A stretch of 64,000 nucleotides of DNA from Takakia lepidozioides (Eukaryota; Plantae; Bryophyta), in the NCBI GenBank assembly GCA_030704615.1, contig CM060731.1:60450001-60514000 (forward strand), read 5' to 3'. Each line of letters opens with the position of its first letter. The stretch's first letter is position 1. The notes under the pieces are model-generated. The model was not told where the DNA came from, made no database searches, and worked only from the letters and a program-made list of their open reading frames with translations. This document shows, in pieces, positions 44,709 through 55,926 of this stretch. Position numbers and translations under genes: made by a program.

Positions 44709-44988
44709 GCTAGGTCTTTTCTCTTTTTGTTGTGTTGTTAGGGAGCCTTGAGCTATAAGAAAGCTCCAATCATAGCTAAAACAAATGTTACATATATATC
44801 ATTCCTTAAATGTCTGCTCTGGGGTGTAAGGAGCAATCAATTGACGCTCAATTCCTTCTCTCATGCAAAATTGAGCAAAAGCATTTGACTTGTACTCCCC
44901 TCCATTGTCAGAGCGCAATTTCTTGACTCGCTTCTTTGTCTGTGTTTCCACCAGAGACTTATAGATCTTGAACTTGTCTAAGGCTTCA
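44709..44988 (-). mobile_element. 280-bp foreign insert containing a Ty1/Copia integrase fragment, between RNase H and integrase of the Gypsy element
   Basis: 44987-44815 minus reads EALDKFKIYKSLVETQTKKRVKKLRSDNGGEYKSNAFAQFCMREGIERQLIAPYTPEQ; CATGT occurs at both junctions (44704-44708, 44989-44993). Confidence 0.88.
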
Positions 44989-44993
44989 CATGT

Positions 44994-46560
44994 ATATCTC
45001 GGGTACCACCTGGCTCATCACTAGCCTCAGGGTCCTCAGACACTCCGTCTACAGTCATCCCTATTGTAGGTCCAACCTGACCTTCCGATGCCAAGATACA
45101 CAAAAATGCAGATGAATGCCATCCCGGCACCATCTCCTCGTCCGTCTCACCATGCCACCGAGCTCCAGTCTCATCCTGTTGGCTCATGCATGGATTGCAA
45201 CTCAATCCATCCGCATCCTGATTGACCAAACCCGGTCGATGCACAACCTGAAAGTCATACTCCTGGAGTATGAGTGCCCACCATGCAAGCTTCCCCGTAA
45301 GCTCGTCTGACTCCATCAACCACTTAAGTGGCTGGTGATCCATGACAAGGGTGAAGAGATTGCCATATAGATAGCACCTGAAGTGTGCCACGGCCCACAC
45401 TTCAGCTAAGCACTCTCCCTCATATGAGCTGTACTTAGTCTCTGCAGCGTTGTTCGAGCGGCTAGCATAAGCCACTACCAACTCTCTTCCCTCATTATCC
45501 ACATGTGTGAGCACCGCTCCAAGCCCCAGCATGCTCCAATCCGTATGCAGCTGAAAGGGACGCCCCCTGATAGGTCGTCTCAGGATAGGCGCCGAGGTCA
45601 ACCTCGCATTGAGCTCTTGAAAAGCTCGTTCCTGCTCATCTTCCCACTGCCACTCCTGGTCCACCTTGGTCAGCTTGGTTAGAGCCTTTGCAATGGCACT
45701 AAATCCCTTGACAAACCGTCTATAATAGTTTGTCAACCCCATGAAAGCTCGAACTCGGCTCACATCCGTGGGGCATGGAATTTGTGCAATGGCCTCTACC
45801 TTAGTCTGCTATACCCCCAATCCTCCAGGATATATCATGTGACCCAGATACTCAATCTGGTTGTGGAAAAACTGCATTTCCCCGGATGCAACTTCAATCC
45901 GTGCGCTCTCAAGCGCTCCAATACCACCTGAAGGTGTCTCTCATGCTCCTCCACCGTAGCACTAAAGATGATGATGTCATCTATGTAGCACTGAGCAAAG
46001 TCCACCCCTGCTAGAATCCTATCTATGACTCTCTGAAACTCTGTAGGAGCATTCTTAAGCCCAAATGGTAAGAACCGCCACTGATATAGGCAATCCTTGC
46101 CGTGCTCATTGATCCCCCAAAATGCCGTCTTCTGCTTGTCCGCCTCCTTGATCGGCAACTGGTGATATCCGGATCGTAAATCCAAAGTGCTAAAGACCTT
46201 AGCATGCCCGATGGCATCAAAGATCTCCTCTGGTGTTGGCATGGCATACTTATCGGACTTGGTCTGACGATTTACAGGCCGGTAATCACCGCACATACGT
46301 CTCTCCGTCCAATTGCCATAGACATCATTCTTGGCTGGCATCACTATGGCTGAAGCATACTCTCCACCAGAGAGCTCCACCAAAGCAGCCTCCCAGAGAT
46401 CTTGAATCCTCATCTGAATCAAAGACCTCTCCATGTCACTGTATCTATAGGGTCTCCGAAAGATTGGCATGTCAGTGGCCAACTCAATACGAATCTCTTG
46501 ACCCTTCAGTGCTCCTAAGTCCTTCAAACTGAAGGCAAAGCAATTCTTGTAAGCCCTCAG
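44994..46560 (-). pseudogene. Ty3/Gypsy reverse transcriptase and RNase H
   Basis: RT: RMCGDYRPVN, FSTLDLRSGYHQ, KTAF, LPFGLKNAP, YIDD. RNase H: LHTDWS..GLGAVL, AYASR, YSSYEGECLA, DHQPL, DADGLS. One frameshift near 45870. Confidence 0.96.
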
Positions 46561-46989
46561 GAACCGCCGTATACGTCGTCTCTCTCCTCCGGTGACAATG
46601 GATTCAATGTCAGGCTCTCAATTGTCCTCCGTAACTGCAACCTTAAGTCCAGTGGGCTTAGAGGTAGAGGACGCGTCCAGTGGTTGTTATGTTGCAATCT
46701 CTTGAGCAGTACTCCCTACCTGCTCAGTCAATGACAATGCCTCATCCTGCCCCATCATCTCATCCTCGAGGACTTCCTCAACCCGAGAAAAATCCCCAAC
46801 CTCATCCATCACCACCACCTTGGCTGCCAACTCCCTCTGAACCTCGAGCACCTCCCACGTGTGTCATGGATGCCTACACCCCGTGGTCCTCTCATGCTCG
46901 TCCCCACTCACTGCCTGTACCGTGTCGGTAGGCAGAGAGACCATTGAGGGAAGTGTACTCCGCACTCTGCGTTGCTCAGCCATAGCCAA

Positions 46990-47940
46990 GCTGATAATCC
47001 AGGTCAAGCAATTGAGATCCATTGCTTGCCCCAACACCTGACGAAGTGATGCCTTAAAAAGAGACGGCACCGCCGTGGTACTAGTGGTAAAACCCATTGC
47101 CCGCTTACGTTCGTCGGCATTAGGCTTTACTAACTCTTGCAACTGAGCATCCCACAGGAGGCCAGGTCCACTATCCTGGAAAACATACGATCATGGGAAG
47201 CTGAGCAGTGTAGGTAATGCTGCTCGTGGTTGACCCACCTTGTTGACCACTGCCAAAGGCGAACGGTCATCGTGTCTCACACGCTAAGACTGCCTCCCTG
47301 TGTCCAAAATGCTATGCACTGGGAGGTGTACTGGCCGCTGCACCCCATCAAATGCACGCTTGAGCAGTGCGCGTGGCATCAAGTTAGTCCACCATAGCCG
47401 TGGACGATGAGCCCGTGACCCCACTGTAGCTGCATCTAGCAACACTGCTGACCCAAGCCACGACTGGACTTGATGCACACTGGCCACCACCCTGGCCCGA
47501 GAATCGCCCATCAGTGGCACATTCTCCAAGATGTATGCTGGAGATACAGCTTGATGAAGCTGCAAGTGGCGCAAAACCCGCACCATCTCCCAAAACAGAC
47601 CCGACCTCGAGTCTCGTAATCCATTGCCATGCCCGGCTGACGAATGCCCTTGGCAGGGCCAACCTGCCACTACCAGATCAATGGAGCCAACCCCCTCCAA
47701 ATCTTGCGCCCCCAGCAACGAAATGTCTGCTAGCAAGGCCTGCTGATATCCACGAACTGCAGACACCGGCAACAACTCAGGGTACTGCTGTACCAACTGA
47801 GCAGCATGACGAAGTGAAACGCGTCGTGCAGTCTCATCCCTCTCCATATACAGGTAACGCTGAACTCATACACCTGCCTGTAACACAACAGCCAATCCGG
47901 TGCTGATCCCGCCAAACAAGTCCAGAAGTCAAATGTCTTC
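46990..47940 (-). pseudogene. C5 cytosine DNA methyltransferase domain, DNMT3-like, non-permuted, embedded in Pol
   Basis: Motif I LLDLFGGIST (about 47928-47899); motif IV DLVVAGWPCQG (catalytic Cys codon 47655-47653); motif VI ILENV (ENV 47526-47518); motif VIII LDAATVGSRAHRPRLWWTNL (RPR 47406-47398); motif IX ERKRAMGF; motif X RQVLGQAMD. One frame with four point stops (47931-47929, 47868-47866, 47286-47284, 47193-47191). Confidence 0.95.
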
Positions 47941-48306
47941 ATCCGGATACTGCCACACAATAGGTGTGGTATCCAATGGTGACAACTGAGGTGGTCCTGG
48001 TGCAATCCCCGCACTCTCCTCCTCTCTTGATGGTATAAAAGCCTCCACCCAGGCTTGTTGCACCCGTCGATCAGCAACCCGCTGCAAATCCTTGCTCGTG
48101 CCCCACAATGGAGTCTAAGCAACCATGGCAGGCAACTCCGCCATACCATACATGTCATCCTGCTCTCCTGGAGGTGTGTCATCATCTGAATGAGCGTTGC
48201 CCTCTAGCAACTCTCCAGGCCAAGTCACTGCAGCTGTGAATGCTGCTAGTGTTGGCATCTTGCCCCGTTGGGCAACCGCAACTCCTCCTATGAACGTCAC
48301 AGGGAG

Positions 48307-48780
48307 CTACACACGCCGACCCTCCCCTGACTGCCATCCAAGCCTATAGGAAGCTGACTCCTCCCAAAAATCCAGGGTGAAGCCCATGGGGTACAACACT
48401 ACCCCACCAACCAGGACATCGTATGAGACCGCGTCTGTCACAATGGCCTTGGCTCGCATCAGTGAACCATCTGTAGGGTGATCCGGCCGTAGTCTGATAG
48501 CCAACTCACATTGTGTCATGCCCTGAGCCTGCTCCGATCCTCCAAGAGACGTCTGTATCTGGAAAGGACAATGCTCCATATCCGCCTCCGTGAGGCCCAA
48601 GCCTGCAATAGCAGCTCTACCCAGCATCAATGGCTGAGCTCCCAAGTCCAACAAGACCCGCAGTGGCCGGTACCTCTTGCCTGCCGGTCCACTCAATAGA
48701 AAATGACATCCTGGTTGTCTAACATGACCAGGTGTCACCATGACGCGCTCAATGGCTGGCCTAGCTGGCAGCTCCATCAA
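48307..48780 (-). pseudogene. Retroviral-type aspartic protease domain
   Basis: RVLLDLGA (D-S/T-G-A with a probable TCG>TTG change) and downstream YDVLVGG; same frame as the DNMT and RT. Confidence 0.8.
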
Positions 48781-49404
48781 CCTGGCAGCTGCAGCTTGTC
48801 ATGGTGTCGTCGTGACAGTCTTGACCCTCAAATCTGAGGATCCCTCTGGCGCTACACCTCCCACTATCTCCGCAGAAGATGAAGTAACCTCAGAGTGTAG
48901 CTGCCAGCTTGAACACCTCAGCTGGTTTTACCCCCGGCGTCGCAATCATGGTAGCCGAGAATAATGGAGCCTGGCACACAGATGTGGCCGCTCCCAGCAG
49001 CACACTAGCTGCCGTAGCCTTGGCAACACTAGGTAGTGGTGCTACCCGTGTAGCTCTCCCCAATAGCATAGTAACCTCCACCTCGGTAACAGTCGGGCGA
49101 GAACTAGGTGCCATGGATGGTGTCGACACTGTCTCCGCCAATGTGAATGACTGAGGAAGCCTAGCCTGACGGCTTGTCTCCCCACGCTGTGGATCCAACT
49201 CCACCTCTACACCTTGTGGCTCAGGAACTCGTGCTGCTCCTCGAGTTACGGCTGCAGTAGACTCCACCTGCACTAGTGATAGTGTGTTCCGCACATGAAT
49301 CCCATGCCTCCCATATCTCCTCCCTCAGGAGCAGGAGGTGGACCATCTGGCCTTGGAGCCGGTACCACCTGAGCTGTAGCCATGGCAGCGAGCCTCTGCT
49401 CTAG

Positions 49405-50479
49405 CTACAAAAGCCGGTTGGCCATGCCTTGGTCTACACCCTGACCTCCACGTCCACTCTGTCCTTCCTTGGGCTTCACCTGGGCCCCCTTGTTGTCTTG
49501 AGCACGTTGAGATAGTGGTTGGCTAGGAGCACCACTACCCCATGGTGTCTCCTTAGCAAATCCCACCATGACCACTCGTTCCTCCACCATGTTGAGTTCT
49601 ATCCGCTCTGCCAGCAAAAACACATTTGCTAAGGTGGGTTGGGCCACTTGTAGGAGAGTTGCACCCCGCACCCTTCTCTTCAGCTCTTTGTCGAATAACC
49701 CCTACCAGAATTGGACTGCCTGAGCTTCCGTAACCGCGAGTGAAAGCCTCCCTCAAGCTCTCAGTCGGCTTCCGTTGGAACTCTTGCAAGCTCCGCAACT
49801 TCTCTATCCTTACCCCTTGGTAGTTCCCTCTCAACTCTTCGAAGAACTCCACAACAGGGTTGAAGGCAAGCACGGGTACTGGTGCTGGTGCGGTAGTGGC
49901 TTGGGTGGACGTCGTAGCTACGGTGCCACCAGTCCCACTAGTCCCACTGCTGCTTGTTGAAGCTGCCGGTGCAGCGGCAGGTGTAGCCACTGCCCTCGTG
50001 GCTCTAGTGCCCCTAGTGATGGAGACATAGTGGGGTGACCAGTACATCCTCCACTCCTCGATCTCAACCTCATGCCCCCACCTGAACTCATGGTAATCAT
50101 CTATAGGCGGCCCCTCAAGGTGCTGAAACAGCCCCTTCCATGCCATGAAAGGCGTAAATAGTTGTGGATTGCGCATTTGCTGCAAATCACACCAACTATC
50201 AAACTCTTGGATAAAATCATCCAACTCGATGGTGCCCACCGCCCCAGAGTACCTTCGTGGCCCCTTGGTAGCTCCATACATCTCCTCCATTGTGTCCCAC
50301 AACAATGGCAAGGAAACAACTTGCATCGCCGGTATGAGTCCTCCTGATTCACAATCCGAATCAGAACCTTCTGTAGAAGACACAGGAGGCGAAGGTGGCC
50401 TAAACCGCACACCTCGTCTCGTGTACCCACTAGTATCGCTAGTGCTCAAACCGGCACTGTCCCCAGCAACTAGTGGCAC
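49405..50479 (-). pseudogene. Gag-like region of the DNMT-bearing element
   Basis: RYSG...ELDDFIQEFDSWC...KLRSLQEFQRKPTESLREAFTR resembles the retrotransposon gag QxxxES(V/L)xE motif; frameshifted. Confidence 0.7.
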
Positions 50480-51169
50480 CTCCGTGTTGACAAACTGTCA
50501 CTCAACCGGTCATGAACATGTCCCTAACCCCCTCTCCACAAGGTAAACCGGGTAGAGAACCTATTCTAGCTTTTGGTTTGGAAATAGCCTACACCTGCAC
50601 CTGCATCCACCGCAAGCACTCCTACGGTTGGCTGGTCATCACCTCCAACCTCACTATAGGAGAAACAATGATGGTCTGACTGGTCATCACCCCAGCCTCA
50701 CCATCGACAGCATGTTCTAGGACTGGCCGGTGATCAAATCCGGACCAATCACCTACAAAAACAAGCGCCCACATAAAACGAACATGGCGCACAGCCAAAC
50801 ATGCAGGTATGGAGGGGATCCAAACACAAGAAATCAGAACGACAACTCCCCCACACCAAAAACAACTCCACGGTGTTGCTTCTGCAAGGACACCCCAGCC
50901 CAAACCCGGACTGACTCTTGCCTCCACCTGCGGAAAGGTCTTGGCCTAATGAGAGGGTGGAAAACTACAAGGAAGAGAAGCTAAAGCAATGCCTAACCCC
51001 AGCATGCCCTCATCCCAACACTCTTCCTATCCTCTCTTCCCTCACTTGCATGACCATGGGAAAATCATGAAGATACTCCTCAAATTCCACCCTTCATGAG
51101 CTTCAAAATTCGGCCTTCAAGACCACATGCCAGTCCTTAGTCAGGCCACCAGTACCTCCACGAGTTAGC

Positions 51170-51545
51170 ACAGGCCATCCACAGGTCAACACGGGCCACC
51201 ACAGACCAGCACAAGCCCACACAGATCACTGGTCACAGCCGTCACAGCCCCACACAGGCCACAGCCCATCACAACCCATCATAGCCCCAAAGGCCATAGG
51301 TCACAGCCTGTCACAGCCCTACACAGGTCACATGATCACAGCCCCACAGGCCACAACCTGTCACATCCCATCACAACCCCAAAGGCCACAGGCATAGCCT
51401 GTCACAGCCCTACAAAGGTCACAGGGGTCACAGCCCCAAAGGCCACAACTTGTCACAGCCCCTCACAGCCCGTCACAGCCCCACAGGCCACAGGGCACAG
51501 CCTGTCACAGCCCGCCACGGCCTGTCACAGCCCCTCACAGCCCCA
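51170..51545. repeat. Degenerate 10-11 bp minisatellite (GTCACAGCCC / GGCCACAGCC) in the element's 5' leader
   Basis: Dozens of CACAG/CACAGCC cores in near-tandem arrangement. Confidence 0.9.
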
Positions 51546-52024
51546 TCCATGGCCACTCATGGCAGTTTAGCCATTTCTTCAAGGGGTTTAGCCACGCCAA
51601 GCTAGGGTTTGTGTCTCTTGGACTCTAGGCTTTTTTGCACCGAGCTATGGCGGCTGTGAAGAAATCAGCAAGGTATTCTTGCTCTTTCGGTTCCCACACA
51701 CCACCAATAGTAGCCCTAAGCCATGAGGAAGATGGTTGCCACAAACCAAGCCTTCTTTCTCACTTAGACTCCCCAAACACGCCACTAAACTCAATGACAA
51801 ACAACCAAGCCTTGCTGGTTTCCTGCCCTTGTGAGCACTCATTCAAGCGTTTTCCTTGGCCATAGCATCTGTCTTAGAGCCTATTCATGCCCCCTACACC
51901 TGCCACTTCAAGAGCCATGCTCTATCTAGGCTTGAGGTTGAAACCCCACCTCACATATGCCCTACAAGTGCTTTTCTTTCACCCAAGTGGGAACCAGCCC
52001 TAGCCCTTCCATTCTAGCTCTCTA

Positions 52025-52400
52025 AAGCTTGAAAATAAAAGCCCAATGGACTGAAAGCATGTTCCACACATGCCCCACTCTCACCACAAGAGAATCAGCC
52101 CCTTTGCTTCCTTTCTTGCACCCACCAACCTGAAAATACAAGCTTCAGCGGGCTGGAAGCATGCTCCACACATGCCCTACAGGGAAACCAGCCCCTTCCT
52201 TCCTTTCTTGCACTCCCAAACCTGAAAGTACAAGCCTTCAACGGGCTGAAAGCATGCTCCACACATGCGTTGCCCTCACATAAGAGAAGTTAGCCCTTCC
52301 CTCTTCCTTGCCCTCCAAGCTTGAACATGGAAGCTTCAATGAGCTGAATACATGCTTCACACATGCAACCTCTTCACACAAGAGGTATCAACCCCCTATC
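52025..52400. repeat. Tandem repeat of about 100 bp, 4 copies
   Basis: CTG(A/G)AAGCATG(T/C)TCCACACATGC near 52051, 52153, 52246 and 52344, each followed by AGCCC(C)TT..TTCTTGC-like sequence. Confidence 0.85.
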
Positions 52401-55400
52401 TTGGCTCCTTGGCTCCTTGATGCTCTCTAAGACAAGACTAAGCACTCCACAACCTTTGCCAAGCTCCTGAAACCCTAAGGCTTACAGTTCCAGCCACAAG
52501 ACACTCCTCTTGTGGTGCAAGAGCTCTTCTTCCAAGCTCTGAAACCCTAGGTGCACATTCCATGGCCTTGCCGCACCTCTAAGCTCATGTTCCAGCCCTG
52601 CTCTTGCCATGACAAGAGCCCTATCAATGCTGAAGCTCGAGATTGAAACCCAATCTCAACATACTCTACAAAATGCACTGATTTGCCCCAAGCCAAATCA
52701 GCCCTTTTGCTTGGTCTTACAATCCTTCACACAATGAAAGCTCGCATTCCCAAGTTCAGTTCTCAGCTTTGCCACCAAAGCCACTCTAACCTGCTCTTGA
52801 CTGGTCCTCTTTCCAATCGTGCTTGCTCATGCATGTACACAATCTGAAACCATCAAGGTGCTCTGGAATTACCTGCAGCATGGTGCTTTCATCTCTGAAG
52901 CTGAAGATCGAATGCCAAGGTCTATTACCTCGTAACCCATATCGCCTCTGCTTCTAACACCAAGAGCTCCACGGTGCTCCTTGCATAACAACTTGGTTTC
53001 TCTCATTCTCAAGCAAAAACCACAAGTGCTACAACTAACTCGTATCTGGCACTCACAGATACGAGCTCATCTTTCTCAAGTGATAAAGAAGAAGAATACA
53101 AGCACAAGCAACGAGCTCACAAAACTGAAGCATAAACTCATGCATATATAACCTCATCACTCAAATACAAATCAAGCCAAGTGCACCCCACGCCATGGGG
53201 AATCCACACTACGGCGCCATAGCTAGGCGCGGTGAGGCTCAACTCGAGAAAGATGAGCCTCCCGCGCTTGCCGTGAAGATAACCACTCCAAGGCCTAAAT
53301 CTGCCTTGACCCCTGGATTGACACTTGGGCCAATCCCAAATGTCAATATGTAAAAGCTAGATATTTCCTAGCTAGTTTCACACTAGTGGTAAAATAACTT
53401 GACAGATGACTTGGATGTCATTAGATACTTGTGCCCACATGCTACCCCAGTGGGATCTATAGTAGCATGCATCGGAACAAAGGTACCGCATATTTATAGA
53501 TAAGTTGGCTATAATGGGTGATATCCAATATACACGTACTTACGCAACCACTTTGTAAGGCGACCTTGATAATGCTCTATGGCAAAACTCTGAGCATATA
53601 TACTATAGTACTATATGTTGTACATGCAAGAGTGTTGTTGTATATTTGGTATTTGAGATCAAGCTTACAAATGCAAGGCTATCAATATGTCTAACAACAT
53701 TTAGTGGTTTTTCTGGTGGCAAATTGTTGAGGCCAAAGAGAGTCAAAGTAGAGGGTGCTCTAATTAGAAGTCAGTTCACATATGCTCCCTTATACACACA
53801 GAGTTGTATGAAATATTATTTGATGACAAAACTCTTGTGAGCTATGATGTGTTTACAAATAAGTATAATCTCGCATTATCTGCAAACTGTCATAGCTCTT
53901 ACGTGCATACAGTCAAGGCGAGCAAAAAACTAGCAAGTCACAAATGCAGGCAGGAAAAAAAACTCAAATACAATAGAGAAAGAAGGTGGACATATTGGAT
54001 GATGTCATAATATATAATTACTCGAATAATTGAGAAAATGCTCTCCACCATGGACCTACTAGGTCTTTGCCTTTGCTTGCCTCCAACCATTTGTGGACAT
54101 CCAATGCCATAACCAATGCACAAATCAAACAAACACTTTGATTCAAATATCATACATCTAAGTTTTTTTTCCTCTTTTAAAAAAAAATGATTTTTGATAC
54201 TTGATGATTCAAAAAACCACACAAGCCAATATCTCAATACCTAGGCAAAATCAACATGATCAATTTGATATTGGCTCGGGTATTATAATATTTTTTACTA
54301 GATGATACCAGTCTCATAAATTCTTTTGATAGATATTTCAACTTTTGGTACCAATCTGGTGGGGTAGGGATATTTTTTAACACCCGGGATGATAAGTTAC
54401 ACTATTTATTCGCTTGAAAGGTACTGCCTTCTATTGAGAAGGTAAACACCACTGTGTGTTGGTCTGGTATCTGGGTTTCGCCGGGTATCAACCCGGGTCT
54501 CTCCTAACCTAACCTACTGTTCTCTGTTCCCGTAAACATTTGTAGTACCCTACCAGAAGGTTCTCGAGTTCCCTGGAGGCCCTCCAAACCCTAACAGGCG
54601 GCGGTTAGGGTTCTCCTTTCCCCGCCCCCTACCAGAGCTCGACTCGTCGCTGCAAGTCTGTTCGGGTATCATGTTAATATGCACTGGGGTGCACTGGGGT
54701 ACTTTGTAACGTAGAGTTGAAATTTAGGGCTAGGGGCATATACTAGCTGTTTCGATTATAACAATGACACTTTGACCTTCATTGCGAGACACTATGGATG
54801 CAATTCTGATTTAGTGTATAATTGTATGGGGGTTCGTATCCTATGAGATGAGCAGGTTTCCCTTGTGGTTTTCTTGAATATTCAAATGGCCATTTTAATA
54901 GTTCAGATGGCCATTTCAATATTGAATACCAGTACCATTTTTATTTATTATTTATTTTTAATACCATATCCGAGTTCATATTTCTAGATTATCGACATTC
55001 AGATACCATTGCTCGTATCCGGATTGATTTGTTTAATCCCTAAAGGCCGGCCCGACCCGAATCGGGTCGCAGCCGTTTCTTCCACGGAATAACTTCGTGG
55101 ATGAACCTGGATGAAAAAACTCGCTGAAGGAAAAACGAGCGCGGGGTCGTGCTGCATACGAGGGAATTTATTGCGCCTCCATCGGACAAAATCTCCGGCC
55201 GCCACAATTTAAGCCCTAAGGGTGCCCTGGAATCGATGGCCAGGGCCCCGCCAGCAGAGTTGACCTACCCACATGGCAGGCAACTGCTATGGGTTGGCGG
55301 CGATGGAGCCAGGGGCGGGCTGCATGTCCGCTCGTGGGGACAGCTTTAGCCACCCGACGTGTCATGTTGAATGGCAGCCCGTGACCCGACGGGCCCTTGG

Positions 55401-55926
55401 TGTTCCAGTGCGAGCTTCCACCCTGCGTGCTTTCGTTTCTTATGACCCACAGCTTACCTTTCCATCGTAGAATCCATGGCGTGTTTGTATTTCGTTGCCT
55501 CTTTCAACGCTGCATTGCCCCAATGGGCTGAGGCTGCCGCCCTGAGTTTGAGATGGCGGGAGCTGCATAGAGTTATGTCGTGTTCATTGATTATTTTTGC
55601 AATGCAGGGCTGCAAGCGCATGCTGGAAGCGTTGGCGAATGTGCGCTTCATGCCCCCGCAATAACACCTGCCAGGTCTTTGGCATGTCTGTGCGTTTTTA
55701 GGATTTTAGACTGGGGATGCTCTGTTGTTTGGATTATGGCTGGCGTCTATCTTGAATGTCCCTCAATGGAGCTGGGCCGGCTGCTAGGGCGGGTGCAGGA
55801 ATGTGGAGGAGATGGTGGTTATGTTGTGCATTGATCTGCAATCTTGAGTTGATGGGGTGCCGTCTGTGTTGATGGTGCTCTAATTTCCTATTTGTTTGGG
55901 CGGCAAGGGCGAGTGTAGGGCTGCTC

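Larger units (their letters stand above)
42930..53300 (-). mobile_element. Ty3/Gypsy LTR retrotransposon encoding Gag-PR-DNMT-RT-RH-INT-PHD; long repeat-rich 5' leader; outer boundaries uncertain
   Basis: Collinear minus-strand domains listed below. Putative PPT TAGGGGGGCG (plus strand 43031-43040) followed by TG at 43028, which would start a 3' LTR remnant truncated at the Helitron end. The 5' LTR was not resolved, so the upper coordinate is approximate. Confidence 0.9.

Noticed and set aside
46990-47940. Bacterial restriction-modification methylase or contaminating prokaryotic DNA
   Set aside because: It is in frame with the retrotransposon protease and RT, has DNMT3-like motifs VIII-X, has no cognate nuclease nearby, and lies among spliced plant genes.
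51170-52400. CRISPR-like repeat-spacer arrays
   Set aside because: The units are degenerate tandem repeats without unique spacers, there are no cas genes, and the context is eukaryotic.
53211-53219. Definitive PBS and 5' LTR boundary of the DNMT element
   Set aside because: It is not adjacent to a CA LTR end and the flanking sequence does not match the 3' LTR remnant; kept only as a candidate.
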